Source: Azolla caroliniana
Lineage: Eukaryota; Plantae; Polypodiophyta
Assembly (NCBI GenBank): GCA_043228905.1
Contig: JBHGNT010000009.1
Coordinates: 4,216,001 to 4,280,000 of the forward strand
DNA length: 64,000 nt
Direction: 5' to 3'
Under the pieces are notes generated by a model. The model was not told the DNA's origin and ran no database searches. It worked only from the letters and a program-made list of their open reading frames with translations. Below are positions 33,600 to 45,801 of this stretch, piece by piece. Both the position numbers and the translations under genes were made by a program. Within the stretch, counting starts at the first letter, position 1; each line of letters begins with the position of its first letter.

Positions 33600-34664
33600 A
33601 GACGGGCCGGTTTTCTCCGTCCCAACTCTCTGGCGCATACCGGAGGATGCGCGGTTAGGTGGGGGCGGATGTCGTGAAGAAAACCGTCCATAGGCGGAAT
33701 CGGCGCACCTAGGCGTGGGTACCGGTTCTTCACGCGCGCAAGCTCCAAGTTGTGCATAGAAGCGAGTTAGGAGGATAACCGGCAGGAACGGGCCCTAACA
33801 CAAGTGGAGACAAAGACCGCGCGAACAGTCTTTTCGGTCGCGCGCGCGAGCAAAGGGACTGTACGAGTCGGCGGCGTAACTACGCGGACGCGTTGTCGGG
33901 GTTGCTACGCCCTTGCGTGCTGAAAGGAGGAGGGACCACGGGGGTCTTGGACCGAAGAGCAAGAGAGAGAGAGGAGAAGGAGAGACCCGATTACACAGAA
34001 CCGAAGATTGCACAGGGACACGGCCCAACAAACAGAGATCACAAACAAACGCCGACACAGATGGACGCAACCACGGAAGATATGTACTTATGAATGCAAG
34101 AAAATAACAGCTAAAGTGTTACAACCCTCGGTGGGGCACGAAATAGATACTAACGAAAACGAACAGGGCGGCGAACAGATGCCGACCCCTGTACGTCGCG
34201 ACGCACGGAAAGGGGAAAACAGGTCGGAGGTGCTGCAGGACGCACTCGGGGCGTTCCACGGAACAGCGCAAGCCTCCTCGAAACCTGCACAGGTACGCGG
34301 TGGAGCAGAAGACAGAGAGAGCAGGAGTGAGAGAGGAGCTTCGAAATCGGTTCGGCAGCACTTCGTCCTCTCTGCGCGAGATGTCTCACTTCTATTCTCC
34401 CTCTTCCTTTTATAGCTCGTCAAGAGGCCGTTTGGCATTAACTGCATACCAACCGAATCTACCCACCTAGGATCCTCGTATGTACCTACTTCGTCCTTAG
34501 GTACTTCTTGGCGCGCGTGTGCGTGTAGAGCCGTTTCCCCCCCCCACGCCTTGTTCCTCCGATTCCCCCGGTGGGCGGTTTTCTTCACGACATCCGCCCC
34601 CACCTAACCGCGCATCCACCGGCATGCGCCAAATTAAGTTGGCACGGAGAAAACCGGCCCGTCT

Positions 34665-37600
34665 TTACTCTTCGCCTGCCGGCCCTTCCTCGGCCTCGGA
34701 TCGGTCGTCGCTGCTGTCCAGGAGAATCGGGTCGGGTTCGTCGTCGTGCCGCTTCTTGAAAGCTTTGATCCTCTTCCCGGCCACGGGTATCGCTATTCTC
34801 GTACCGTCGAGTTCCGCCAGATGATACGTCCCGTTGTCGTTGGCGCTCTGTACCGTGTACGGCCCGAACCATCTTCGTGCGAACTTCCGCGTTGCTCGGT
34901 GCTGGTTGTCGAGGCTGCTGTCGTAGACGAGCACCCAGTCACCTTCGTCGATTCTCTTCGGTCGTAGCCGGTGCGTTCGGTCGAACCGGGCTTTGTTCTT
35001 TGTCCTCGCCACCCGGAGCTTCTCCGTAGCCAGTGCCACGTCCTCCGGTCTCCGCTCGAGCTGTCGTATACGCGCGGCCAACAACTCCTCCCGGCTCATC
35101 TCGTTCCTCCAGTCGACCGTTGCCCACGAGGAGATCGTCCGTTCAATCGGCATGATCGGCTTCTGGCCGAACATGAGCTCTGCCGGCATGTACCCGGTTA
35201 CCGAACTGTGCGTGGTCCGGTCTGCCCACAAAGCATAAGGTAGGAGCCGCGGCCAGTCACCGATTCGGCCTCCGCATGCCCGAACCAACGCCTTGACGAT
35301 CGGTCCGTGTCCGCGCTCCACCTTCCCATTCGCCTCCGGATTGTACGCAGTGGTGAGCGAGAGCTTGACCCCCAGCCGGTCGAACCGCTCCGCGGCTTCC
35401 TCGGCGTCCAACTCCCCTCGGTCAGCCACGATCTTCCCGACGCACCCGTACCAGCATATCACGTCCTCGATCAGGAACCGACACACGGCCGCGGTCGTCT
35501 TGTTCTGAAGGGCTCGGCCTTCCACCTGGTTCGTCAGGTCTTCCCGTGCTAGGACCAGATACCGCATCTGTCCTACCCCCATCGGCATCGTCACCAGATC
35601 TACCATCCATTTGAAGTGGATAGTCGGAGGGTACGTAGGGTGAAGCCCGTCCCGGTGTCGGACTATCGAGTGCATCTGACAACTCTCGCAAGTTGACACG
35701 AACCGATGCACGTCCCGGTACAATCCCGGCCACCAGTACTTCCCCTTCAGCTTCTCAAATGTCGCCCACGTTCCACGGTGTCCAGCCCAAGGGCTGTCGT
35801 GGTAGGCCGCCAATAGCTCCTCCTGTTCTTCCTTCATCGCCACCACCCGGAGCGGGACGCCGTTCCTCTTCTTCGGGCGCTTCCACAAATGCCCATCTCG
35901 GAGAAAGAATCGATATGCTTTCTTCCGGATCCGGTTGGCCTCGTCCTTCGTCCATGACGCATCGGGCGTCATTGTCTTCAAAAACCCGCCGATCTGCAGC
36001 CACTCCCCGTCGTACTTGCTCGCGTCGAACTCGTTAAGCGCCGGAGTGCCCATCCCGTCGGTTGTTATGTATGCCGCCTCGAAGAAATCCACGCCGACTT
36101 CTTCGTCTTCCGAAACCATGCCGCCCTCGTCGTCGAACCTCGCCCTCGAAAGCATGTCGGCCATGGCGTTGTCTTTCCCGGAAATGTGTCGTATTTCCGG
36201 GTCCAGGGACTTGATGTACGCTATCCACCTGAGCATCGCCAGGTCCGGAGTCGCGCATCCGGAAACCATACCGAGAATCGGCAGGCAATCCGTCTCGATG
36301 ATCACTTCTGTCCCTATCAGGTAGTCTTTGTCGGCCTTAACCGCCGAAACAATACCCCAGAGTTCGCGTTTAACCTGGGCGTATCCTCGCTGCCGTTCAC
36401 TGAGGACTTTCGCGCCGAATCGGATTGGAAACCGATTGCCGTCCTCGTCTTCCTGGTTCATGACCCATCCGATCCCGGTCGGGCTGGTATCCACCGTTAT
36501 GAATACCGGGGTACCCTTCCCGTATGCCGCCTTCCGGAGTGCCGGTGCCGCTGCAAGGGCCTCTTTCAGCCTCCGGACCGATTCCGCATGCTCGTCTAGC
36601 CATTCGAACCTTCGCCCCTTTTTCAGCAACCCGTACAGTGGCTCCGCGACGTGTGCGTAATGCGGGATCCATATGTGGTAGAACGCGCATGCCCCCAGGA
36701 ATCTCCGTACTTCCGTGACCGAGCTGCAGTCGGGCTTCATCGCGGAGATGGCTTCTACCTTTGCCGGAGACGGTTTCCGGCCATATGGTCCGCACAGGTG
36801 TCCGACCACCATGATTTCTGACTGCCCGAAGGCCGACTTCTCCCCGGAGAAGGTGAGTCTCGCATCCTCTAGCCTTTGCAGCACCTTCTCGCAGTCGTCG
36901 ATGTGCGTCGCCACGAATCGCCGGCATCCGTCCGGCCCGATCGTCTCGTCCCTTTCTTCCACCGGGCATCCCTTGACCGGGATGTCGTCCAGAAACGGCA
37001 TGGTGATGTCCGGGATACAGTCCCTCAGAACCTTGTTCATCGCATTCACCATGTGGGCCACCGAGTTGGTCCCCCCTTGCGGCAGTGTACACATCCGAAC
37101 TAGGCCGAGGGGAGTTCGCATCGTCGTAATGTCTCTGCTCTCCACGGCTAGCTGGAACTGGTCGTACCCCGAGTATAGATCCCCGACCGAGTAAATTGAC
37201 CTTCCGGCGAAGGCCTCCGCGAACTCGTCTATGGTCGGTCCGATCCCTGCGTTCCGAATCGTCACTCGATTGACCGGCTGCAGGTCCTGGATGAAGCGCA
37301 ACGAACCGTTTTTCTTCGGTACGGTAAACCATCGATTCGAATATGGGGCGCTCGACGGCTCGAGAATTCCCATATCAACTTTCTGCCTCAGCAGCTCCAT
37401 CAACTTCGGGATGTGAGCTCTCGGAACCGGGATCGGCTTGAGATTCCATGGTACATGCGGTACCGTGAATATCACCATCGGCTCCACGATCGTCGGGTCA
37501 ACGCACCCGATTTCCTCCGGCGAGAATGCGAAGGCTTTCCCGTGCCTTCCGAGCATTCTCCGAAACCGGTCTACCTCCGCCGGCAGTAGGAACCCGCCCC

Positions 37601-38162
37601 CACCGATTTTGAGCTCTCGGAGCGTCTCGTCGGTAAAGGTGTGTCCTATGCAGGCCGGATCTCGTAGACTAGGGTCCGATGCAACCCCTTCGATTCTCGA
37701 CGCGCTGTCCTCCGGTAAGGGTGCCGCGACTGGCCTTACCTTCCGGTCCACAGTCTTGTACTTGGTGCTCACGTGGGCCGTCCGAACCGACTCGAGCCCT
37801 CGACCGAAGTCCGCGATGACTTCGTACATCTCCTCGGAACACACCGGTATCGTCCGGTCTTCGTTAAGGCCTTCTTCGACTACCTTTCCCAGCATTCCCA
37901 AGGTGTCGTCGAATGAGACCGCCTCCACGGCTCCGTCGATTTCCTCGTCAGGGCCGAGAACTCCGCACGCTCGAAGTCTCCCCTCCGCCTTTCTCTTCTC
38001 TCGGCCGCCGATGCCGACTGTCGTGCACGCTCCGCTGTCGGAGAACAAAAATTCCCTACCTATGGTACAAGGTTTCTTCGGTTTTATCGTACAGGTGTGG
38101 GGTTTTCCCGGGGTGTCCGGACTGTCGCGGCCCCACGCCTTGGCAGTCCTCTCTAAAAATCC
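34665..38162 (-). CDS. pol: E3 ORF2 pol (RT-RNaseH-IN), intact
   Basis: 1127-aa ORF at 38048-34665; slippery site GGATTTT at 38162-38156. Confidence 0.94.
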   Translation of the reverse strand, partial: GFLERTAKAWGRDSPDTPGKPHTCTIKPKKPCTIGREFLFSDSGACTTVGIGGREKRKAEGRLRACGVLGPDEEIDGAVEAVSFDDTLGMLGKVVEEGLNEDRTIPVCSEEMYEVIADFGRGLESVRTAHVSTKYKTVDRKVRPVAAPLPEDSASRIEGVASDPSLRDPACIGHTFTDETLRELKIGGGGFLLPAEVDRFRRMLGRHGKAFAFSPEEIGCVDPTIVEPMVIFTVPHVPWNLKPIPVPRAHIPKLMELLRQKVDMGILEPSSAPYSNRWFTVPKKNGSLRFIQDLQPVNRVTIRNAGIGPTIDEFAEAFAGRSIYSVGDLYSGYDQFQLAVESRDITTMRTPLGLVRMCTLPQGGTNSVAHMVNAMNKVLRDCIPDITMPFLDDIPVKGCPVEERDETIGPDGCRRFVATHIDDCEKVLQRLEDARLTFSGEKSAFGQSEIMVVGHLCGPYGRKPSPAKVEAISAMKPDCSSVTEVRRFLGACAFYHIWIPHYAHVAEPLYGLLKKGRRFEWLDEHAESVRRLKEALAAAPALRKAAYGKGTPVFITVDTSPTGIGWVMNQEDEDGNRFPIRFGAKVLSERQRGYAQVKRELWGIVSAVKADKDYLIGTEVIIETDCLPILGMVSGCATPDLAMLRWIAYIKSLDPEIRHISGKDNAMADMLSRARFDDEGGMVSEDEEVGVDFFEAAYITTDGMGTPALNEFDASKYDGEWLQIGGFLKTMTPDASWTKDEANRIRKKAYRFFLRDGHLWKRPKKRNGVPLRVVAMKEEQEELLAAYHDSPWAGHRGTWATFEKLKGKYWWPGLYRDVHRFVSTCESCQMHSIVRHRDGLHPTYPPTIHFKWMVDLVTMPMGVGQMRYLVLAREDLTNQVEGRALQNKTTAAVCRFLIEDVICWYGCVGKIVADRGELDAEEAAERFDRLGVKLSLTTAYNPEANGKVERGHGPIVKALVRACGGRIGDWPRLLPYALWADRTTHSSVTGYMPAELMFGQKPIMPIERTISSWATVDWRNEMSREELLAARIRQLERRPEDVALATEKLRVARTKNKARFDRTHRLRPKRIDEGDWVLVYDSSLDNQHRATRKFARRWFGPYTVQSANDNGTYHLAELDGTRIAIPVAGKRIKAFKKRHDDEPDPILLDSSDDRSEAEEGPAGEE

Positions 38163-40279
38163 TCTCGGTGTTCGGAACCGAGGGAATCACGGTTTCGTTC
38201 GTGGTTCGGCCTTACCGTCAGAAACTGGACCGAATGGCGCCCGTCTTGGCTTTTGACCCTCGCGTAGGCCGAACCATTGTCCAGCACTTTGGTCTCCATC
38301 CGCGCCGCCGTAATGTACGGTTCTCCCAGAATGACCGGGTGGGAAGACGTCTCCTGCACGAAGAAGTGTTGGTCAATCTCGACGTCGCCAATCTTGACCC
38401 GCACATTCGGACAGGCCCCGTGCAGTTCCTCGGTGGCGCGCGTTGCTGCCCTTATTTTCCACCCGTGCTTGGTGTTGATCGGCCATTTGCCCTTCTTATA
38501 GAAGTCCATGGACATCAAATTGATCTCCGATCCGTGGTCCACCAAAGCTATCACCGGTTCCTGGACATCGCCGATCTTCACCGGGGTTTCCGTGGTCGCT
38601 CGGGCCCAGTGTGGTCTCGAATAGTGGCTTTCCGCCCACTCGTCTCCCAGCGCCATGTCGTCTAGGTGCGTCGTCCGCACTTCCACCGGTCTTTCCGGTT
38701 CTGTCTCCGTCGACAGCCTCTTCCGTTTCACCAAGTCCACGATGGAGTCGTGGAACTCCTTCTTGGCGATTCCCAGCACCTCCCGTAACGACAGCTCCAC
38801 CTTGCTGTCGAGGATCCGTTCCTCCAGGACCTTTCGTAAGTCCGTGGTTCTTTCTATCTCCGTCCCCAGACGGTACCCGCCCTTCTGGGGTTTATCTCGC
38901 GTACCGGCCCCGCCGGCTTCGTCCCGTCGCGGCCCGGACCGGGTCTCGTATCGTTGTGAGGGCCCGGTCGTCCCGGGTTTCCCCACCCGCTTCTCTTCTA
39001 CCAGAGCCTCGTAGTTCCGGCAAGCGGCTTCCACGAAGCCCGTCTTCTCCTCGACGGGGTCGCTCCACCCGGTCATCTCCCGTACCCGTTTCTCCGCACG
39101 GTCCGATTCCTCCCTTTTAAGCCCTGCACCGGCAAGGCCTCCCAGCATCGTCGGCCAGAATCCGGCTTCGCTTTCCCTTCGGGCCTCGCCGCCCCCGACT
39201 CGAATGCCGGCTGACGCCGAGTAGTGGACGGTTTCCGCGTGTCGGGCCGCCGCCTCTTCCATCACCCTTTTCATACCGCCTTTTCCGTCGTTTCAGCTCA
39301 GGGCCCTTCGGGTGTCGCTGGCATGCACCCGTCCTTCCCACAGGTACACCACCCTGTTCCTCAGCGCCTCCGCGAAGTCGCCGCAGTCCTTCCGAATGTG
39401 GCCGACTTCATCGCACCACATGCACCTGTTTCCTGCCGCCGGCCGTCGGTCACGAGCCGGTTCGCCTCCTTCCCTTCGGGCCTGCGCGATTTGGAGGTCC
39501 TTTATCGCCTTTGTCAATTCCTCCAGCGCCGCTCCTCCGGTTGAGCCTCTGACTACGCCGGTCGAAGCCGAACCGGTATCCAACCACTCTCGGGTCTCTT
39601 CCTTTCGCACCTGTGGCGCTGGATCGAGCTTCCTTGCTGCGACCGAGCCCGACCCGGTTGCACCGTTTTCCGCCCATTCTCGCCGTTTGTCGAAACGGCC
39701 ACAGACCTTCCTGACAGCCGCCCAGTCCGTAGTGAGCCCGTCTTCGGTTTCCAGCAAGAAGCCCACTTGCTCCCGATCCCGCTCGTCGACCGACTTGACA
39801 AACAGCAAGACCCGGCTCGTGTCCAGGATGGTTCGGTCAAGCGCCGAAAGGCGCGCAAAGTTTTCCTCGAACTCCCGGAGGAGCGCCGACGCGTTCCTTC
39901 CCTTCCCCGGGGACTCCACCCATTCCATGAACCTTCGCTTCGAAAGCCGGAGCGCGTCGTCCAGCCCGTATTTCTCTAGGAGCCGACCTTCGAACTCCTC
40001 CCAGGTACGGCTCTCCATCCGCACCTCGAGCACCTCCGCGTGGATGCTCGGCATCGCCACTCGGGGAAATCCGGCAAGACGCCTTTCTTCCGGAATGTCC
40101 CGCATCAGCATCTCTGCACCGTAGGACGCCAAATACTTCGTGGCATCCTTCCCATCGAACCGGCCGATCGTGCCGACGACCGCCTCAATAGCTCTGTCGA
40201 GGGCACCGGTGCTCTCGCGCGCATTTACAATCCGATCCACGGCCGAAGCCATGGCCTCTGCGAGATCCGACCCTCTCAT
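38153..40279 (-). pseudogene. gag: E3 ORF1 gag-protease with one nonsense mutation
   Basis: ORFs 40306-39293 and 39274-38153 are in the same frame; CGA>TGA at 39295-39293. Confidence 0.93.
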
Positions 40280-42228
40280 TTCCTGCTCTTCTGCCGCCTC
40301 TTTCACGTCGGGTTCACCAAGATGTCGGGGTTGCTACGCCCTTGCGTGCTGAAAGGAGGAGGGACCACGGGGGTCTTGGACCGAAGAGCAAGAGAGAGAG
40401 AGGAGAAGGAGAGACCCGATTACACAGAACCGAAGATTGCACAGGGACACGGCCCAACAAACAGAGATCACAAACAAACGCCGACACAGATGGACGCAAC
40501 CACGGAAGATATGTACTTATGAATGCAAGAAAATAACAGCTAAAGTGTTACAACCCTCGGTGGGGCACGAAATAGATACTAACGAAAACGAACAGGGCGG
40601 CGAACAGATGCCGACCCCTGTACGTCGCGACGCACGGAAAGGGGAAAACAGGTCGGAGGTGCTGCAGGACGCACTCGGGGCGTTCCACGGAACAGCGCAA
40701 GCCTCCTCGAAACCTGCACAGGTACGCGGTGGAGCAGAAGACAGAGAGAGCAGGAGTGAGAGAGGAGCTTCGAAATCGGTTCGGCAGCACTTCGTCCTCT
40801 CTGCGCGAGATGTCTCACTTCTATTCTCCCTCTTCCTTTTATAGCCCGTCAAGAGGCCGTTTGGCATTAACTGCATACCAACCGAATCTACCCACCTAGG
40901 ATCCTCGTATGTACCTACTTCGTCCTTAGGTACTTCTTGGCGCGCGTGTGCGTGTAGAGCCGTTTCCCCCCCCCACGCCTTGTTCCTCCGATTCCCCCGG
41001 TGGGCGGTTTTCTTCACGACAGCGTGAAGGACGGAGCGGATCCCTGTTCAAAAGGGACAGGGGAATAAAGCTGACAGGACGGCCTGTTCGTCGGGCTATA
41101 AAAAGAGGAGGAAAGAGCTGTTGCAGATATCTCGCGCGGAGAGGACGAAGTGCTGTCGGACCGTTTCTGGACGCTTCTCTCTCTGTTTCCTTCCTTCTTG
41201 AGCTCCATAGCTTTTCTGTGCAGGGTTCCGAGGAGGCTCGTGCTGCTTCGAGGAACGCCCGAGTGCTTCCGGCAGCACCTCCGACCTGCTTCCCCCCCCC
41301 CTTTTTGTGCATCAAAGCGAACAAGTATCGGCATCTGTTCACCGGCTTGTTCGGTTGTAACCAACCTGAGCCCCATCGAGGGTTGTAGTCGTGTTAGCCA
41401 TTTTTGTTAATATACATATTTAGTCGTTCGCGTCTGTCTGTGTCGGTGTCTGTTCGCGTTCTCCGTGCTGAAGGGCCGTGTCCCTGTGTATCCCCGGTCC
41501 TGCGTAGCCGGTTCTCTCTCTTTCTCCTCCCTCGCTTGCTCTTTGGTTCGAGACCCCCGCGGTCCCGCCTCATCTCCACACGCACTTGCGAAATATCTCG
41601 ACAGCGTGTGCGTGGAGAAACGAGGCGGGACCACCGGGGTCTTGAACCGAAGAGCAGGTGATAGAAGGGGAAAGAGAAGGAGAGAGACGCCCGGTCACAT
41701 ATGAGCAAAGAAACACAGGGGCGTGGCCCGTCAACACAGAAGACGCGAATGGACACAGAGACAGGGAGAGACAAGTGTTTGTATATTAACGAATAACAAG
41801 TACACAGCAGAACACGCGAGCGGCTACAACCGAACAGGCCGGCAAACAGATGTCGATGCCTGTTCGTCTGCGCACGAAATGGGGATAGGATGGAGGTGCT
41901 GCCGGAAGCACACAGGCGTTCCTCGAAGCAGCGCGAGCCTCCCGAAACCTGCAGAGAAGAGCAACAAAGAACATGCAGAGGAGAAGCGTTCGGTTCCGGT
42001 CCGACAACACTTCGTCCTCCTGAATGCCCTCCCCTTCTCCCTGCGTCTCCCTCTCCTTTATAGCGTCAAGAAGGGAGCCGTCTCCCTCATTTACTTCCTA
42101 CCTACCGAATCTAACTACCCCGGATCTCTCTCTATACCTAATTCTCTATTATATACATTAAGAGCGTGCACACGTGAAGGGCCGGTTCATGTGCGCTATT
42201 CACCGATTGCGCCAGGGGACGGTTTTCT

Positions 42229-45200
42229 TCACGACATTCGCCCCCACCTAACCGCGCATTCACCGGTATGCGCCAAAATTGGTTTCTGGTTGGAGAAAAC
42301 CGGTCTGGGTTCCGTTTCTTTGTCCATCGGTTCGCCCTCCGTTTCAGACTGTTCGTCTTCGCTGTCCAGGCCTCTTAGATCCGGTTCATCGTCGTGGAGT
42401 TTCTTGAATGCTTTGACCCGCTCCCCTGCTACCGGCATCGCCATCCTCGTACTGTCGAGTTCCTCCAGGTGATACGTCCCGTTGTCGTTGGCGCTTGTTA
42501 CCACGTAAGGCTCGAACCACCGGTTCGCGAACTTCCGTGTTGCTCGGTGCTGGTTGTCGAGGCTGTTGTCGTAGACTAGCACCCAGTTGCCTTCCTCGAT
42601 TTTCTTTGGTCGGAGCCGGTGCGTCCGGTCGAACCGGGCTTTGTTCTTCATCCTCGCCGCCCGAAGTTTCTCCGCCGCTCGTTCCACGTCCTCTGGCCTC
42701 CGCTCGAGCTGCCGCATACGCGCCGCTAGCAGTTCTTCCCGACTCATTTCGTCACTCCAGTCTACTGTCTCCCAAGAGGAGATCGTCCATTCCATTGGCA
42801 TGATCAGCTTCTGTCCGAACATGAACTCTGACGGCAGGAACCCGGTTACCGAACTGTGCGTTGTCCGGTCCGCCCACAAGGCGTAAGGTAACAGCCGTGG
42901 CCAGTTCCCGACCTGGTCTCCGCATGCCCGGACTAGCGCTTTGACGATTGGCCCGTGCCCGCGCTCTACCTTCCCGTTTGCCTCCGGATTGTACGCTGTG
43001 GTGAGCGAGAGCTTGACCCCTAACCGGTTGAACAACTCCTCGGCCTCTTCGGCGTCCAACTCCCCGTGGTCAGCCACGATCTTTCCGACGCACCCGTACC
43101 GGCATATCACGTCCTCGATCAGGAACCGACACACGGCCGCGGTCGTTTTGTTCTGCAGGGCTCGGCCTTCCACTTGGTTCGTCAGGTCCTCCCGGGCCAG
43201 CACCAGATATCGCATCTGCCCTACGCCCATCGACATCGTCACCAAATATACCATCAATTTGAAGTGGATGGCCGGAGGGTATGTGGGGTGAAGCTCATCC
43301 CGATGTCGGATTATGGAGTGCACTTGACAGCTCTCACAAGTTGTCATGAACCGATGCACGTCCCGGTACAGTCCCGGCCACCAGTACTTCCCCTTCAGCT
43401 TCTTGAACGTGGCCCACATCCCACAGTGCCCAGCCCAGGGGCTGTCGTGGTAGGCCTTCAGCAATTCCTCCTGTTCCTCCTTCGTCGCCACTACTCGGAG
43501 CGGGATGCCGTTCCTCTTCTTCGGGTGCTTCCACAAGTATTCGTCCCGGAGAAAGAACCGGTACGCTTTCTTCCGGATCCGGTTGGCCTCGTCCCTTGTC
43601 CACGATGTGTCCGGCATCATTGTCCTTAAGAATCCCCCAATTTGCAGCCACTCCCCGTTGTACTTGCTCTCGTTGAAATCGTTAAGCGCCGGAGTGCTCC
43701 CCCCCTCGGTTGTTACGTAAGCCGCCTCGAAGAAGTCTACGCCGACTTCCTCGTCCTCCGAAACCATGCCGCCCTCGTCGTTGAATCGCGCCCTCGAAAG
43801 CATGTCGGCCATGGCATTGTCTTTCCCGGAAATGTGTCGTATTTCCGGATCCAGGGACTTGATGTACGCTATCCACCTGAGCATCGCCAGGTCCGGGGTT
43901 GCGCATCCGGAAACCATGCCGAGAATCGGCAGGCAGTCCGTCTCGATAATCACCTCTGTCCCAATCAGATAGTCTTTATCGGCCTTTACCACCGAAACGA
44001 TACCCCAGAGTTCGCGTTTAACCTGGGCGTATCCTCGCTGTCGCTCGTTGAGGACCTTCGCGCCGAACCGGATTGGGAACCGGATGCCGTCCTCGTCTTC
44101 TTGGTTGACGACCCATCCGATCCCGGTCGGACTCGTATCTACCTTTATGTAGACGGGAGTGCCTTTCTCGTAGACAGCCTTCCGGAGTGCTGGAGCCACA
44201 GCAAGAGCCTCCTTCATCTTTCGCACCGTCTCCGTATGCTCGTCTCGCCACTCGAATTTTCGCCCCTTTTTTAGCAACCCATATAGCGGCTCGGCAATGT
44301 GGGCGTAATGTGGGATCCATATGTGGTAGAACGCGCATGCTCCCAAGAACCTCCATACCTCCGTGACCGAGTTACAGTCGGGCTTCATTGCGGAGATGGC
44401 TTCCACCTTTGCTTGAGACGGTTTCCGGCCATACGGTCCGCATAGATGTCCGACGACCATGATCTCTGATTGCCCGAAGGCCGATTTTTCCCTAGAGACC
44501 TCTAGCCTCTGCAGCACCCTCTCGCAGTCGTCAATGTGTGTCGCCACGAATTTCCGGCATCCGTCCGGTCCGATCGTTTCGTCCTTTTCCTCCACCGGAC
44601 ATCCCTTGATTGGGATGTCATCCAAGAATGGCATGGTGATGTCTGGGATACAATCCCTCAGCACCTTGTTCATCGCATTCACCATGTGGGCCACCGAGTT
44701 CATCCCTCCCTGTGGCAGGGTACACATCCGCACTAGGCCGAGAGGAGTCCGCATCGTCGTAATGTCTCTGCTTTCTACGGCTAGTTGGAACTGATCGTAC
44801 CCCGAGTACCGATCACTGACCGAGTACATCGACCTTCCGGCGAAGGCCTCCGCGAACTCGTCTATCGTTGGTCCGATTCCTGCGTTCCGAATGGTCACTC
44901 TGTTGACCGGTTGCAGGTCTTGAATGAAGCGCAACGCCCCGTTCTTCTTCGGTACGGTAAACCACCGGTTTGAGTACGGGGCACTCGACGGTTCGAGGAT
45001 GCCCATATCAACTTTCTGCCTTAATAGCTCCATCAGCTCCGGGATGTGAGCTCTCGATACGGAAATTGGTTTGAGATTCCACGGCACATGCGGTACCGTG
45101 AATATCACCATCGGCTTCACGACTGCCGGGGCTACGCACCCGATCTCTCCCGGCGAGAATGCGAAGGCTTTCCCGTGCCTTTCGAGCATTCTCCGAAACT

Positions 45201-45801
45201 GGTCTTCTTCCGCCTGCAGTAGGAACCCGCCCCCACCTACCTTGAGCTCCCGTAGCGTTCTATCGGTGAAGGCGTGCCCTATGCAGGCCGGATCTCATAA
45301 ACTGGGGTCCGACGCGACCCCCTTGATTCGTAACTCGCTGCCCTCCGGTAAGGGTGCCGCGACTGGCCTTACCTTCCGGTCCACAGTTTTGTACTTCGTG
45401 TTAACCCGGGCCGTCCGATCTGACTCGAGCCCTCGACTGAAGTCCGCGATGACTTCATACATCTCTTCTGAACAAACCGGTATCGTCCGTTCCTCTTTAA
45501 GGCCCTCTCCGACCACCTCTCGCCATATTCCGAAGGTATCGTCGAAGGAGACCGCCTCCACGGCCCCGTTGATTTCCTCGCTGGGCCCGAGAACTCCGCA
45601 CGCCCGAAGTCGCTCTTCCAGCCTTGTCTTTTCTCAGCCTACGACGCCAACTATCGTACACCCTCCGTTGTCGGAGAAACAAAACTTCCTACTTATGGTA
45701 CAAGTTTTCATCGGTTTTGCTTCTATCGTACATTTGTGGGGTTTTCCCGGAGTGTCCGGACTGTCGCGGCCCCACGCCTTGGCAGCCCTCTCTAAAAATC
45801 C
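42229..45801 (-). pseudogene. pol: E4 pol (stop at ~45295, small in-frame deletion in RT); the frame runs through the PPT into the LTR
   Basis: 986-aa ORF at 45189-42229 plus upstream pieces; RLEVSREKS versus RLEDARLTFSGEKS in E1/E3. Confidence 0.92.

Larger units (their letters stand above)
33894..41021 (-). mobile_element. E3: full-length young E-family gypsy inserted in the E2 3' LTR
   Basis: 699-bp LTRs at 33894-34592 and 40323-41021 (one mismatch seen). TSD GCGT at 33890-33893 and 41022-41025. tRNA-Trp PBS at 40319-40302. Confidence 0.97.
27148..41603 (+). mobile_element. E2: full-length E-family gypsy with both ORFs intact; its 3' LTR is split by E3
   Basis: 802-bp LTRs: 27148-27949, and 33670-33893 plus 41026-41603. 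TSD GCGT at 27144-27147 and 41604-41607. Confidence 0.97.
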
